NCBI GenBank assembly: GCA_039679675.1 | Contig: JBDKUN010000009.1 | Location: 1-64,000 of the forward strand | Direction: 5' to 3' | DNA: 64,000 bases | From: Armatimonadota bacterium | GTDB lineage: Bacteria > Armatimonadota > UBA5829 > DTLH01 | Shown here: positions 10,922 to 21,405 of the stretch, one piece after another | Position numbering within the stretch: the first letter of the stretch is position 1 | How the letters are laid out: each line of letters begins with the position of its first letter | Notes under the pieces: generated by a model | What the model was told of the DNA's origin: nothing | Seen by the model: the letters and a program-made list of their open reading frames with translations, nothing else | Database searches by the model: none | Program-made: the position numbers and the translations under genes

Positions 10922-13075
10922 TTACAGTCCCTTCTTCTCCCAGTTAACTACTTTGTAGCGGTCCGGGCCTTTGTATCCGCCGGTTTTCTCTACCGACCCT
11001 TCAGTCCCGTTCCACTTGAGTTCAACCCGGTTCTGTATGCCCTTTTCGAAGTCCAGCGTTACGCCGTCATCCTCATAGAGGGTAAAAGGTGCCGGATTGG
11101 CTCCATATACACGGACTGTGAGCTCGAAACAGGTGTCATCGGCAACATGCTCGATTGGTTTTGCCAAAGGCAGCAGGCTGTTATCTTTGACATAGACAGG
11201 TATTTGATCGAGCGGCTTGGAAACTTCGATTATTCTTCCGCCAGAGAACTTTTCCCCCGTCCAGAAGTCATACCAGTCTCCCTGCGGCAGATATACTGAG
11301 CGTTTTGTCTCACCTGTGAAGAGCGGAGCTACCATAAGCGACTGCCCTACCATAAACTGGTCGTCCACGCCGTATGTCGCAGGGTCATTCGGCCAGTCCA
11401 TCACCAGTGCGCGGATCGGCGGCGTCCCGTTTTGCTTGTATTCGTTGAAAGCCGAGTAATAGTAAGGAATCAGGCTCATTCTGAGCTCGAAAAGGCGCTT
11501 GATTACCTCTGTTACTTCGGCATGGTTTGCCATGACCTCTTTGCGGTTGCTTGCGTCACTGTTGATCTGCAGCCACGGCGGAAGCATCATATACCAGGGG
11601 TTAATGAGAGCGCTCGAGGAGAAAATGACTGCCTGAACACGCCTGTAGAGCTCCTCGACGCTGGCCGTGTCTCTCACTTCAGGGGTCCAGAGGAGTCCTG
11701 AGAATCCCTGGTTGACCATACCCCGCACATAGCACCTGTCGTTGTAGCTGTCCGAGTATATTACATATGGAAGAGATGCGGCGAGCGCATGAGAGTTTCT
11801 CACGAGCCCCCATGTCCGCAGGTTCCGCTTCCTTACTGGCTCCCACATCGTTTCCTGATAGAGCAGCCCGAAGAGCGAGTGCATCTGCTCCCCGTCCATC
11901 CCTGACGGAAACACGGATGCATCGGGGAACGACCATGGAGTGGCGGATGACGGCTGGTAATCGCACTCATCCAGCTTGACCGCATCCACACCTTTATCGA
12001 AAAGCGTCTTGTCCTGCTGTGACTGGAATATCCGGCGTGCCTCTTTGGTCGCAAAATCGGGGACAAGCCCGTCCCATACAAGGTAGCTGCCGGACCAGGG
12101 CTTCAGCGCATCATAAATGGGCGATGTGGCATGGGTGAAGGCATGCTGCCAGATGTTCATGCGGTAACCCATTGCATGCATTTTGTTGATGAAACCGTCG
12201 GGGTCCGGGAACCGTTCCAGGTTCCATACAAATGATGAAGAATAAGCAGTGGTCTCCCATCCGGGTTCAAGCCCCCAAACATCGCACGGAATGTGCTGCT
12301 CTCTGAAAGACTTCGCAAGCTCGTATGACTCTTCGGCATTGAAGTAGGAGTAGCCCCGATAGGATATTCCCAGTCCCCAGAGCGGCGGAACGGCTCCGCC
12401 TCCGGCGAAAAGGTTATACCTTCGTACTGCGTTCAACATACCAGGCCCGGCGAATACGTATATATCCACACCCTTGGCCGCCGGTATGTCCACGAGCATC
12501 GTTTTCACGCTCAGTTCCTGGGACTTGTAAAGGTCATTGGCATCCGTGGACTCAACTCTCGCCCCGCCGGATATGCCCTTCTTCCGTGCCGGTGCGACAT
12601 TGCCTGCATAGAACGATGCATACCTCGCCGTATCGACATAAACGCCGTATCCTCTAGTGGAAACGTAGAATGGGACAGGCGCATGGGACTCATTCAGCTC
12701 ATTTTCCGGGCTGTCCGTAGGTCGAAGAAAAGACCGCCTATCCGTCTTATCGAAAACCTTGGTGCTCAGGCCCAAACCGTATATATGCTCTTCGGCCTGC
12801 ATAGGAAATTCCACCGAACAACCCCGGTTGGTAGTAGTAAATATGACTTCGGACAGGTCCACAGGTACGTCAGCACACACCGGAAGGCTGCCGAAGCTCT
12901 TTTTGTCCATAGGCCGGGCCTGGAATTTCAGAGGTGTGAGCTTCTCAGGCGTGCCTAATCTTATCCTCCATACACCCGGAGCAACAACTGTCGTAGTCTC
13001 TTTCATGCTAGCTTCTCCAAATGCCGCAGGTAATGACAGACAACAAAGTGCAACAACTGCTGCAATTACCTTCAT
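10922..13075 (-). CDS. Glycoside hydrolase family 31 (alpha-xylosidase-like), secreted
   Basis: PVPFYVSTRGYG, IPCDV, KLDECD nucleophile region, DQFMVG..LMVAP, VYLPQGDWYDFW; signal peptide from ATG 13075. Confidence 0.9.
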   Translation of the reverse strand: MKVIAAVVALCCLSLPAAFGEASMKETTTVVAPGVWRIRLGTPEKLTPLKFQARPMDKKSFGSLPVCADVPVDLSEVIFTTTNRGCSVEFPMQAEEHIYGLGLSTKVFDKTDRRSFLRPTDSPENELNESHAPVPFYVSTRGYGVYVDTARYASFYAGNVAPARKKGISGGARVESTDANDLYKSQELSVKTMLVDIPAAKGVDIYVFAGPGMLNAVRRYNLFAGGGAVPPLWGLGISYRGYSYFNAEESYELAKSFREQHIPCDVWGLEPGWETTAYSSSFVWNLERFPDPDGFINKMHAMGYRMNIWQHAFTHATSPIYDALKPWSGSYLVWDGLVPDFATKEARRIFQSQQDKTLFDKGVDAVKLDECDYQPSSATPWSFPDASVFPSGMDGEQMHSLFGLLYQETMWEPVRKRNLRTWGLVRNSHALAASLPYVIYSDSYNDRCYVRGMVNQGFSGLLWTPEVRDTASVEELYRRVQAVIFSSSALINPWYMMLPPWLQINSDASNRKEVMANHAEVTEVIKRLFELRMSLIPYYYSAFNEYKQNGTPPIRALVMDWPNDPATYGVDDQFMVGQSLMVAPLFTGETKRSVYLPQGDWYDFWTGEKFSGGRIIEVSKPLDQIPVYVKDNSLLPLAKPIEHVADDTCFELTVRVYGANPAPFTLYEDDGVTLDFEKGIQNRVELKWNGTEGSVEKTGGYKGPDRYKVVNWEKKGL

Positions 13076-13228
13076 CTCGACTTCACTTCCAGTGATGCAA
13101 ACAATAACCAATTTTGTGTTCAAGTCCGGGGATTGATTATCCTTCAAATGTACAGGCCTTTGCTGGTGGCTGATAGCTTACAGCTAAATGGGTATAAAGC
13201 TACTATATGACAGACGGGAGGCTCTGCG

Positions 13229-14098
13229 ATGGACGAACTTCTGGCGCGGTATGAAGCGCCTCTTTCTAACACCGACTGGGAGATATTGGACAACGCGGTA
13301 GTGCATGCGGCTGAGAGGCAGCTTGTTGCGCGGCGGTTTATAGATGTATTCGGCCCAATCGGCGCAGGTATACAGGATATAGACTTCGACACTTACGGTG
13401 GCATCGATGCCGCCAGGATCGACATGATCGGCAGTGTGGAAGCGGAACCAGTGCAGTCGATCAGGCGGATCCACGAGAAGATCCCCCTGATCTATAAGGA
13501 CTTTTTGATCTACTGGAGAGATATAGAGACGTCGAGAAGGCTCGGACTGCCGCTCGATGCCGCCACTGCCGCTGCGGCTGCCGCATTTGTCGCACAAAGG
13601 GAAGATGACCTGATATTTAACGGCAGCGCCGACCTCGGATTTCAGGGGCTGTTCAACGCCGAAGGCCGAAACTCCATCAACGCCCGTAACTGGGATGATG
13701 CAGGCTCGGCATTTGAGGATGTTGTAGCTGCTATACAGAAACTGGTCGATTCCGGCTTCTTCGGGCCTTATGCAGTAGCTGTCAGCCCGCGCCGGTTCGC
13801 CCAGATGCACAGGGTTTACGCCAATACGGGAGTACTCGAAATAAACCACATCCGCGATGTCGCTACGGCAGGCGTATTTCAATCCCCTGCCATCGCAGAC
13901 AACGGCATAGTGGTCTCGACCGGCGTTCAGAACCTCGATATAGCTGTGGCACAGGACATAATTACAGCTTATCTGGGGCCGGAGAACCTCAACCATCCGT
14001 TCCGAGTGCTCGAAAGCCTGGTTTTGAGGATAAAGCGCCCTGGGGCTATCTGCACGCTGGAACCTACCGGAACCGAAACCAGAAAAAGCCGGAAATAA
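13229..14098 (+). CDS. Family 1 encapsulin shell protein (Linocin M18 type)
   Basis: LARYEAPL, LVARRFIDVFGPIGAG, AQREDDLIFNG, GPYAVAVSP, LRIKRPGAIC motifs; GGGAGG RBS. Confidence 0.92.
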   Translation: MDELLARYEAPLSNTDWEILDNAVVHAAERQLVARRFIDVFGPIGAGIQDIDFDTYGGIDAARIDMIGSVEAEPVQSIRRIHEKIPLIYKDFLIYWRDIETSRRLGLPLDAATAAAAAAFVAQREDDLIFNGSADLGFQGLFNAEGRNSINARNWDDAGSAFEDVVAAIQKLVDSGFFGPYAVAVSPRRFAQMHRVYANTGVLEINHIRDVATAGVFQSPAIADNGIVVSTGVQNLDIAVAQDIITAYLGPENLNHPFRVLESLVLRIKRPGAICTLEPTGTETRKSRK

Positions 14099-14279
14099 CA
14101 GGTATTTCAGTTAAAACAGAAGGGAAAGGTGAGAAATCATTCGACCCTTCTGTTTCCTGTAACTGTCATCTGTAGCATACGGGCTGATTGACATCACTCC
14201 TTCATTGAACCTATAATGCTGCTGTCAACGCAGGCTCGGCAGCCTCAGATTCAGCGTCGAAACGGAGGATTTAAGGTTA

Positions 14280-15203
14280 ATGAAAGTTAGTATAATCGGC
14301 GGAGGGGGCCGGGTCGGATCAAACGCGGCGTTCACGCTCCAGCTTGGCGGACTGGTCCGCGAGATGGCGCTCGTGGATGTAGCGCTTGACCAGGCGAAGG
14401 GTGAAGCTCTCGATCTCAGACACGGGACATCGCTCGTCGCAGCTCAAAAGATTTATGCAGGCGGCCCAGAGGTCATAGACGGCTCTGATATCGTCGTCAT
14501 TACCGCAGGGCTGAGAAGAAAGCCCGACGAGAGCCGGTTGGAACTGATGAACCGCAATGCCGGGCTCTTCCGTTCGATATTGTCCGATGTTAAAGGAGCA
14601 AAGCTCCCTGACGGCGCTATAATCGTAGTCGTATCCAACCCCGTAGACATAATGACGCAGCTTGCCGTCGATGCCGGAATCGTCCCGGCAAACAGGGTAA
14701 TCGGCCTTGGGACGCTGCTCGATACCACCCGCTTCAGATCCCTTTTGGCTGAGTATTTCAATGTCGACCCGAAAGACGTGAACGCGCTGATTTTGGGAGA
14801 ACATGGGGATACTATGGTGCCGGTCTGGAGCTCCGCTACAATAGGAAGCGTGCCTGTTTCCGCATTCCCAGGCTATAACGAAGAAAAGGTAAAAGCTGTG
14901 TTCGACTTTACGAACAAGAGCGGCGCGGAAGTCATCAAGCTGAAAGGCGGAGCGGGCTATGCTGTCGGGCTCGCGATACGCAAGCTGGTGCATGCCATAA
15001 TCCGTGACGAGCAGGCCGTGCTGCCAGTATCGACTCATCAGACCGGTACGCTCGGCATAAGCGGCGTCTGCCTTTCGCTGCCTACGGTCATCGGCAGGAC
15101 TGGCGTTCAGCAGGTTATAAGTATTGCAGTAGATGATGAAGAACTGAAAGGCTTAAAGAACTGCGAGAGTACACTTAAAGAAAGGCTGTCGCAGCTCGCA
15201 TAA
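14280..15203 (+). CDS. ldh: L-lactate/malate dehydrogenase family
   Basis: GGGGRVG Rossmann fold, ITAGLRRKPDESRL, VSNPVD, LDTTR, GEHGD. Confidence 0.88.
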   Translation: MKVSIIGGGGRVGSNAAFTLQLGGLVREMALVDVALDQAKGEALDLRHGTSLVAAQKIYAGGPEVIDGSDIVVITAGLRRKPDESRLELMNRNAGLFRSILSDVKGAKLPDGAIIVVVSNPVDIMTQLAVDAGIVPANRVIGLGTLLDTTRFRSLLAEYFNVDPKDVNALILGEHGDTMVPVWSSATIGSVPVSAFPGYNEEKVKAVFDFTNKSGAEVIKLKGGAGYAVGLAIRKLVHAIIRDEQAVLPVSTHQTGTLGISGVCLSLPTVIGRTGVQQVISIAVDDEELKGLKNCESTLKERLSQLA

Positions 15204-15225
15204 CTCCACATTCGGGAGGGATCAT

Positions 15226-15882
15226 ATGAAGATTCAGTGGCTTGGTCACAGCTCGTTTCTTATTACATCTGATGCGGGTGTTCGGATCGTTACGGACCCT
15301 TACCAGCCTGGCAGTTTCAACGGCGGGTTGAGGTATGCGCCGCTCAATAAGCCGGTAGATGTGGTTACTATCTCACATGATCATGCCGACCACAACTATG
15401 TTCACATGGTGGAAGGCAAACCGATTATCATCAAGGGCGCGGGGATGTTCATGGCGTCCGGCATAGAGTTTAACGGCGTATCGACTTTCCATGATACTTC
15501 CGGCGGGTCTGAGCGCGGCAGGAACACAGTCTTCTCCTTTACCGTAGATAATATAAAGATATGCCATTTGGGCGATCTGGGACATGTGCTGAAGTCCGAT
15601 CAGGCCGCCGAGATAGGGGCTGTCGATGTGCTTTTTGTGCCTGTCGGCGGATACTTTACGATTGACGCAAAAGAAGCCGAAAAAGTAGCCGATCAACTAT
15701 CAGCCCAGATAGTAATTCCAATGCATTACAAGACGGAAAAGGTAGATTTCCCGATAGTCGGGGTCGATGAGTTTATCAAGGGCAAACCGAACGTGACCCG
15801 GTTGGATTCCAGCGTGCTCGAACTTAGAAAGGAAGACGTGCCTGAGGAGATGCAGATCATCGTCCTGAAACACGCGCTATAA
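15226..15882 (+). CDS. Metallo-beta-lactamase-fold hydrolase
   Basis: WLGHSSF, SHDHADH, HLGDLGH, IPMHY. Confidence 0.92.
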   Translation: MKIQWLGHSSFLITSDAGVRIVTDPYQPGSFNGGLRYAPLNKPVDVVTISHDHADHNYVHMVEGKPIIIKGAGMFMASGIEFNGVSTFHDTSGGSERGRNTVFSFTVDNIKICHLGDLGHVLKSDQAAEIGAVDVLFVPVGGYFTIDAKEAEKVADQLSAQIVIPMHYKTEKVDFPIVGVDEFIKGKPNVTRLDSSVLELRKEDVPEEMQIIVLKHAL

Positions 15883-15911
15883 GAAATTGGCGGAAAAGAA
15901 AGGTTAACCGA

Positions 15912-16418
15912 ATGAGACTGAGAAACGAAGAGCAGAGCGAGCTTGTATTTAACAGAATTCTTGCCGAGGCGAAGGGCTTCGAGCTAGATGTAGTCGATCA
16001 GGACTTCAAACGCCCGTGGGGAGGGTTCCTCCGGTTCGATGAAGAGTCACTGGGTGCATTTTTCAAGGCTTACTGGCAAGGAGTCGATACAGGTGCTGAA
16101 AAAGGACGGCGGGACCCGAAAGTCCTCGTAGTCGCGCCCGCCCAGAGGCTGTCTCTTCAATTGCATCATCGCCGTTCCGAGCTTTGGCGGGTGCTCGATG
16201 GCCCTGTGCTCGTCCAGCATGGTCCGGACAGGGACCACCTGATATCGGATGTCCTGCTCCCCGGTGATGTAATCCATCTTCCATGCGGGCATGTTCACAG
16301 ATTGGCTGCATCCCTCACGGCATGGGGCAGAGTGGCCGAGATATGGATGCATGAGGATGCCGATAACCCATCTGACGAAAGTGATATAGTCCGCCTTCAG
16401 GATGATTACTCCAGATAG
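15912..16418 (+). CDS. Cupin, mannose-6-phosphate isomerase type II-like
   Basis: RPWGGF, RLSLQLHHRRSELW, DIVRLQDDYSR. Confidence 0.85.
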   Translation: MRLRNEEQSELVFNRILAEAKGFELDVVDQDFKRPWGGFLRFDEESLGAFFKAYWQGVDTGAEKGRRDPKVLVVAPAQRLSLQLHHRRSELWRVLDGPVLVQHGPDRDHLISDVLLPGDVIHLPCGHVHRLAASLTAWGRVAEIWMHEDADNPSDESDIVRLQDDYSR

Positions 16419-16439
16419 AAAGCAGTAACAGGAAGCAAT

Positions 16440-17357
16440 ATGGCCGCTCTGACGGATAATGAGCTTGTAGCACGGATAAACGAACTAAGGCAAAAGAGAA
16501 ACGCTGTAATATTAGTACATAACTATCAGCTCGGAGATGTGCAGGACATCGCGGACTTCGCGGGAGACTCTCTTGAGCTTTCGCGAAAGGCCGCGGCGAC
16601 TGATGCGGACGTGATAGTCTTTTGCGGCGTCCACTTTATGGCTGAAACGGCAAAAATATTATCGCCGAATAAGATAGTGCTCCTGCCGGACCCCGGCGCA
16701 GGGTGCCCGATGGCGAGTATGATCGATGCGGAGAGGTTGAGAGAGTTCAAATCCCAGCATCCGGGGCTTCCTGTGGTCGCATATGTCAACACTACGGCTG
16801 AGGTCAAGGCGGAAAGTGACGTCTGCTGCACCTCAGCCAATGCATTGAAGGTCGTCGAATCTCTCGACGCCAATGAGTTTATCTTTGTGCCCGACAAGTC
16901 CCTTGGCTCGTATGTCGCTGACAAAACCGACAAAAAAGTCGTGCTTTATCCCGGCTACTGCCCTACACATCACAGGATACTATCGAGCGATGTATTGAAC
17001 GCGAAGCGTGAGCACCCGAATGCAGTAGTTCTTGCACATCCTGAATGCTCAGGTGATGTGGTCCAGCTTGCCGATGTCGTCGCGAGCACGTCTCAGATGA
17101 TCCGGTGGGTAGCCGAGCACGATGCCGGAGAGATCATCCTCTGCACGGAGCGCGGGATCATCCACAAGATGCAGAAGGACAACCCAGGCAAGCGGTTCTA
17201 CAACCCATGCAGCTTGAACATTTGCCCGAATATGAAGAAGATTACGCTCGAAAAGGTGCTCTGGTCGCTTGAGGATATGGTTCACGAGATCACAGTGACT
17301 GAAGAGGTAATCGCCCGCGCGAAAAATGCCATCGACGGAATGCTCGCGATCGGGTAG
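16440..17357 (+). CDS. nadA: Quinolinate synthase
   Basis: HNYQ, FCGVHFMAET, GCPMA, CPTH, AHPEC, CPNMK. Confidence 0.97.
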   Translation: MAALTDNELVARINELRQKRNAVILVHNYQLGDVQDIADFAGDSLELSRKAAATDADVIVFCGVHFMAETAKILSPNKIVLLPDPGAGCPMASMIDAERLREFKSQHPGLPVVAYVNTTAEVKAESDVCCTSANALKVVESLDANEFIFVPDKSLGSYVADKTDKKVVLYPGYCPTHHRILSSDVLNAKREHPNAVVLAHPECSGDVVQLADVVASTSQMIRWVAEHDAGEIILCTERGIIHKMQKDNPGKRFYNPCSLNICPNMKKITLEKVLWSLEDMVHEITVTEEVIARAKNAIDGMLAIG

Positions 17358-17453
17358 CCAGCCTGTTTTCGGGCTAAAAACTCCCTTCACATTCGGGATT
17401 GACCACTACTCATCAGCAAGCTATACTAACCTTGGGACAAGGAGGCACAGTGC

Positions 17454-18467
17454 ATGACGCTAAACGACGTGCCGAAACTTAAACTTGGGCATTTACCCAC
17501 TCCGCTGGATGAAGCGCCGAGGCTTGCAAAAGCACTGGGACTTCGGCGGCTTTTAGTTAAGCGCGATGATCAGACCGGGCTCGGACTTGGAGGAAACAAG
17601 GTTCGAAAGCTAGATTTTCTGATGGCGGATGCCGTCCGAAAAGAGTCTGATGTAGTCTTGACGATCGGCGGCCCGCAGTCGAACCATGCCCGCCTTACCG
17701 CAGCCGCCGCGCGGCGTCTCGGTATGGATTCAGTGCTTGTACTGGCCGGCCCACGCTTCGAATCTTTTGATGGGAACCTTCTGCTTGATATAATCTTCGA
17801 CGCCGAAATCCGTTATCTCCCAGATGCAGGTGTAGCCCCGATGGAAAAAGCCATGGATGAGACGGCTCTGGAACTGGAGCAGGCAGGCAGGCGGCCGTAT
17901 GTCATCCCGATGGGGGGTTCGTCTCCGCTCGGTGTGCTCGGTTATGCAAACGCCGTGAAGGAGCTTGCCGGACAGCTCGGAGATGAAAAAGAACCTCAGA
18001 TAGTGGCTGCTGTCGGGTCTGGCGGCACTCTTGCGGGGCTTACCCTGGGCGCGAGGATGTTCCTGCCGGGCGCAAGGATAATCGGGATCAGCGTAGCAAG
18101 ACCAATAGAGCCCTTTGAGGTAGTTGTGAGCAGAGTTGCTGCCGGAGGCGCGGAGCTTATAGGGGTAAATTCTGCATTCGATCCAGCCAAAATAGAGATT
18201 AGCTATGATTATGTCGGAGATCGATACGGTGTGCCGTCCAATGCCGGGATTGAGGCGATACTCCTTGCGGCCCGGACGGAGGCGCTCGTCCTCGATCCGG
18301 TATACACTGGAAAAGCCATGTCCGGGTTGATCGGTATGGTTGAAAAAGGAGCAATCGACCGTGACAGGACTACGGTCTTTATCCATACCGGCGGATCACC
18401 CGCTCTATTTGCAAACGAACAATATTTCCACAAGATGGCGAAGTATATAGAGATCAATAGAAAATAA
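17454..18467 (+). CDS. D-cysteine desulfhydrase / ACC deaminase family PLP enzyme
   Basis: KRDD, GGNKVRKL, QSNHAR, LDPVYTGKAM, FIHTGG. Confidence 0.92.
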   Translation: MTLNDVPKLKLGHLPTPLDEAPRLAKALGLRRLLVKRDDQTGLGLGGNKVRKLDFLMADAVRKESDVVLTIGGPQSNHARLTAAAARRLGMDSVLVLAGPRFESFDGNLLLDIIFDAEIRYLPDAGVAPMEKAMDETALELEQAGRRPYVIPMGGSSPLGVLGYANAVKELAGQLGDEKEPQIVAAVGSGGTLAGLTLGARMFLPGARIIGISVARPIEPFEVVVSRVAAGGAELIGVNSAFDPAKIEISYDYVGDRYGVPSNAGIEAILLAARTEALVLDPVYTGKAMSGLIGMVEKGAIDRDRTTVFIHTGGSPALFANEQYFHKMAKYIEINRK

Positions 18468-18487
18468 CCAACGGGGGAAGGATCGCT

Positions 18488-18949
18488 ATGAATAAATACG
18501 ATGAGGTTATCGGGAAGTGCGGGATGTATTGTGGTGTATGCGAAGTCTATTTATCCCAGAAAAACCCCGAGTGGAAACAGCGGGTCGCGGAAAAGCGCGG
18601 CATAGATGTAGAACAGGTCAGGTGCTACGGCTGCGGCGGACTCAGCCCCAGGTGCTGCGGGTTCAACTGCGAGATACTGAAGTGCCTGCATGAACGGGAG
18701 TATGAGCACTGCTACGAGTGCCCCAACTATGATACAAGGTCCTGCCATATGTTCGAAGACCTCGTGAAGAAATACTTCGAGCGCGGCATCGACATCAGGG
18801 GCAACTACGAGATGATACAGGACGACAAGACCGAAGATATGGTCAACCGTATCGAGCGCTATTTTGCCTGTAAAAAATGCGGGAAGCTGCTTTCCACGGC
18901 ATCCGCTGTCTGTGAGTACTGCGGCGCCGAACCGGACCACAGCCACTGA
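18488..18949 (+). CDS. DUF3795-like Cys-rich protein with C-terminal zinc ribbon
   Basis: CGMYCGVC, CYGC, C-x4-C, CYEC and CxxC...CxxC motifs. Confidence 0.8.
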   Translation: MNKYDEVIGKCGMYCGVCEVYLSQKNPEWKQRVAEKRGIDVEQVRCYGCGGLSPRCCGFNCEILKCLHEREYEHCYECPNYDTRSCHMFEDLVKKYFERGIDIRGNYEMIQDDKTEDMVNRIERYFACKKCGKLLSTASAVCEYCGAEPDHSH

Positions 18950-19067
18950 TAAACCGGCTTCGACATTCTCAAATAAGGTCTCTTCGTCCAAGCTGTTTTG
19001 CAGAACTTCTTAAAGGGCAAAATAGTTTGGAAAGTTGCAATCATTCGATGAGCGAGGAGGGACCACA

Positions 19068-19289
19068 ATGACGTTCGAGGATATGTCGATCACGGCCAAG
19101 GTGAAAGCTGCCCTTGCGCGCGCGGAAGACGTAAGCGCGATGGATATCAATGTCGATGTCAACAGAGGTATTGTGACATTGAAGGGTAATGTGAGCAAAA
19201 AGGCGCATGACAAGGCGCTCCAGGTAGCCAGAAGTATTGATGGCGTGGAGTCCATTAACGACGATCTGAACATCACATCAAACGAATAG
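19068..19289 (+). CDS. Single BON-domain protein
   Basis: DMSITAKVKAAL...INVDVNRGIVTLKG...GVESINDDL; GGAGG RBS. Confidence 0.88.
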   Translation: MTFEDMSITAKVKAALARAEDVSAMDINVDVNRGIVTLKGNVSKKAHDKALQVARSIDGVESINDDLNITSNE

Positions 19290-19661
19290 GTTTTCATTTA
19301 ATGCCGGCAGCCTCAGTATTCGTAGCCTGTGGCTGCCGGCTTGTGTAATAAATTCTACACTTTATTTGGCCTGACTGTGCGTAATGCGTTGACACTGAAC
19401 AGGCTAGCAGGTATACTGACAGTACTGGATGCGTCCGGCTTAGTGAGTTTCAGACAATGCCTGAAACTTATCCGGAGGATTTTCGCTAGGGCTTGTGATA
19501 ATGCCCGGTTTGGCTGAAAATCTATAGGCAATTTGGCGTTTTACAACGTAGTAGTTGTTCCTGCAATGAGGCAGGGGATGTTGCACCAATATTCCTCAGG
19601 TACGTACCCCCAAGTCTCAATGGACTTACTACACAAGAGTTTGTGAGGAGTAGGAGAGAAA

Positions 19662-20003
19662 ATGTCTCTGAGTAACGACGAAGTTACAGGCAGAATATGC
19701 TCCTGTAAGCCTGAAGTCGGTCCGATAGACGTGATGAAGATTGTGGACAAGCACCGCAGAAGCCGCAGTGCACCTATCTCGGTCTTTAGTGACGTTCAGT
19801 CAAGTTATATTTATCTCCTGACCACAGCTCTGTGGCCGGCATCGGAAAGAACCCAAAGCTCCCCGGCCTGCGCAGCAAAAGACCAAAGACCAATGCCGCA
19901 AGTAAAGCACCCTCACTATATTCACATTTTCTTGGACGAAGAGTGTCTGCCTGATGGCAATCAACGAAGAAAGGCCAAAAGATATGGAAACCAGTTCATA
20001 TAA
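19662..20003 (+). pseudogene. Possible degenerate NuoE/HndA-like subunit remnant
   Basis: IVDKHRRSRSAPISVFSDVQSSYIYL resembles NuoE N-terminus; the 2Fe-2S Cys motifs are not intact. Confidence 0.35.
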
Positions 20004-21270
20004 TCCGTTTCAAGTTGCTCAGTCTCAGTTTGACAAAGTTGCAGCTTCACTAAAATTGGACGATGGAGTCCGGGAATTGCTGCGGCAACCGATGCGGGAA
20101 TATCAGTTCACGATCCCAGTACACATGGATGACGGAAAGGTAAAAGTTTTTAAGGGGTTCCGTGTCCAGCATAACGATGCGCGCGGCCCTTCAAAAGGCG
20201 GTATTCGCTTCCACCCGATGGAGACCATCGACACCGTGCGAGCGCTCGCAATGTGGATGACCTGGAAGTGCGCCGTGGTCGATATCCCGCTGGGCGGAGG
20301 CAAGGGCGGCGTCGTCTGCGATCCGCATAACCTCAGCATGCGTGAGCAGGAAATGATCTGCCGTGGCTGGATACGTCAGATTGCCAAGAACATCGGCCCG
20401 ATCACCGATGTGCCTGCGCCTGATGTCATGACAAACGGACAGCATATGCTGTGGATGCTGGACGAATACGAGACGATTTATGGCGGACGCTGCCCAGGGT
20501 TTATCACCGGCAAGCCGGTAGGTATGGGCGGTTCGCTGGGACGCACTCAGGCAACCGGTTTTGGTGTAATTTTCATCTTGCGCGAGGCGCTCAAGGTCAT
20601 GGGACTGACACCCGAAAAGACCACAGCCAGCGTGCAGGGGTTCGGCAACGTGGCGCAGCACGCGGTGGAGCTCTATACCCGGCTCGGAGGCACGGTAGTG
20701 TCAGTCGGCTGCTGGGACCAGGCAGACAAGACTTCGCATACGTTCCGCAAAAAGAGCGGCATCAAATATGAAGAGCTGCAAGGAATTTCCGACAAGTTCG
20801 GCGGGATCGACAAGAACAAGGCGCGTGATCTCGGCTACGAAGTGCTGCCGGGTGACAAGTGGCTGGAGCAGGATGTAGACATATTGATTCCTGCTGCGCT
20901 GGAGAACCAGATCAACCGCGACAACGTCGAGAAGATCGCACCCGGTGTCAAGATCATCGCGGAAGGGTCGAACGGGCCGACCACGCCTGAAGCGGACGAA
21001 GTCATCAAGAACCGCAACATTTTCGTGCTGCCTGACTTCCTTACCAACGCTGGCGGCGTGACCTGCAGTTATTTCGAGCAGGTTCAGTGCAACACCAACT
21101 ATTTCTGGTGCAAGGACGAGGTCCTTTCGAAGCTGGACTCCACCATGACTTCAGCATTCGCTACAGTGAACGATTTGTCAGACCGCGAAAATCTCTACAT
21201 GCGCGACGCGGCATATATGATTGCCATCAACCGTGTAGCACAGGCGGTGAGACAGCGCGGCTGGGCGTAA
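19984..21270 (+). CDS. gdhA: Glutamate dehydrogenase
   Basis: GPSKGGIRFHP, GGGKGG, DVPAPD, QGFGNV, NGPTT, NAGGVTCSYFE. Confidence 0.95.
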   Translation: METSSYNPFQVAQSQFDKVAASLKLDDGVRELLRQPMREYQFTIPVHMDDGKVKVFKGFRVQHNDARGPSKGGIRFHPMETIDTVRALAMWMTWKCAVVDIPLGGGKGGVVCDPHNLSMREQEMICRGWIRQIAKNIGPITDVPAPDVMTNGQHMLWMLDEYETIYGGRCPGFITGKPVGMGGSLGRTQATGFGVIFILREALKVMGLTPEKTTASVQGFGNVAQHAVELYTRLGGTVVSVGCWDQADKTSHTFRKKSGIKYEELQGISDKFGGIDKNKARDLGYEVLPGDKWLEQDVDILIPAALENQINRDNVEKIAPGVKIIAEGSNGPTTPEADEVIKNRNIFVLPDFLTNAGGVTCSYFEQVQCNTNYFWCKDEVLSKLDSTMTSAFATVNDLSDRENLYMRDAAYMIAINRVAQAVRQRGWA

Positions 21271-21301
21271 GCCGAAACTGAATATTCATTGTTTCGCATA
21301 C

Positions 21302-21340
21302 GGACGGGATATGCCGAAATGGCGTGTCCCGTCCGTTTTT
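21302..21340 (+). terminator. Intrinsic terminator after gdhA
   Basis: GGACGGGATATGCC-GAAAT-GGCGTGTCCCGTCC followed by T tract. Confidence 0.85.
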
Positions 21341-21405
21341 CATGTGGTGCTTGACACTCATTCGTTGTGGGAATACACTTTGATCGGGAGTTATTTAAGA
21401 TAAAT

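Noticed and set aside
13229..14098. Prophage major capsid gene
   Set aside because: Motifs match encapsulin, and no terminase, portal or tail genes are nearby.
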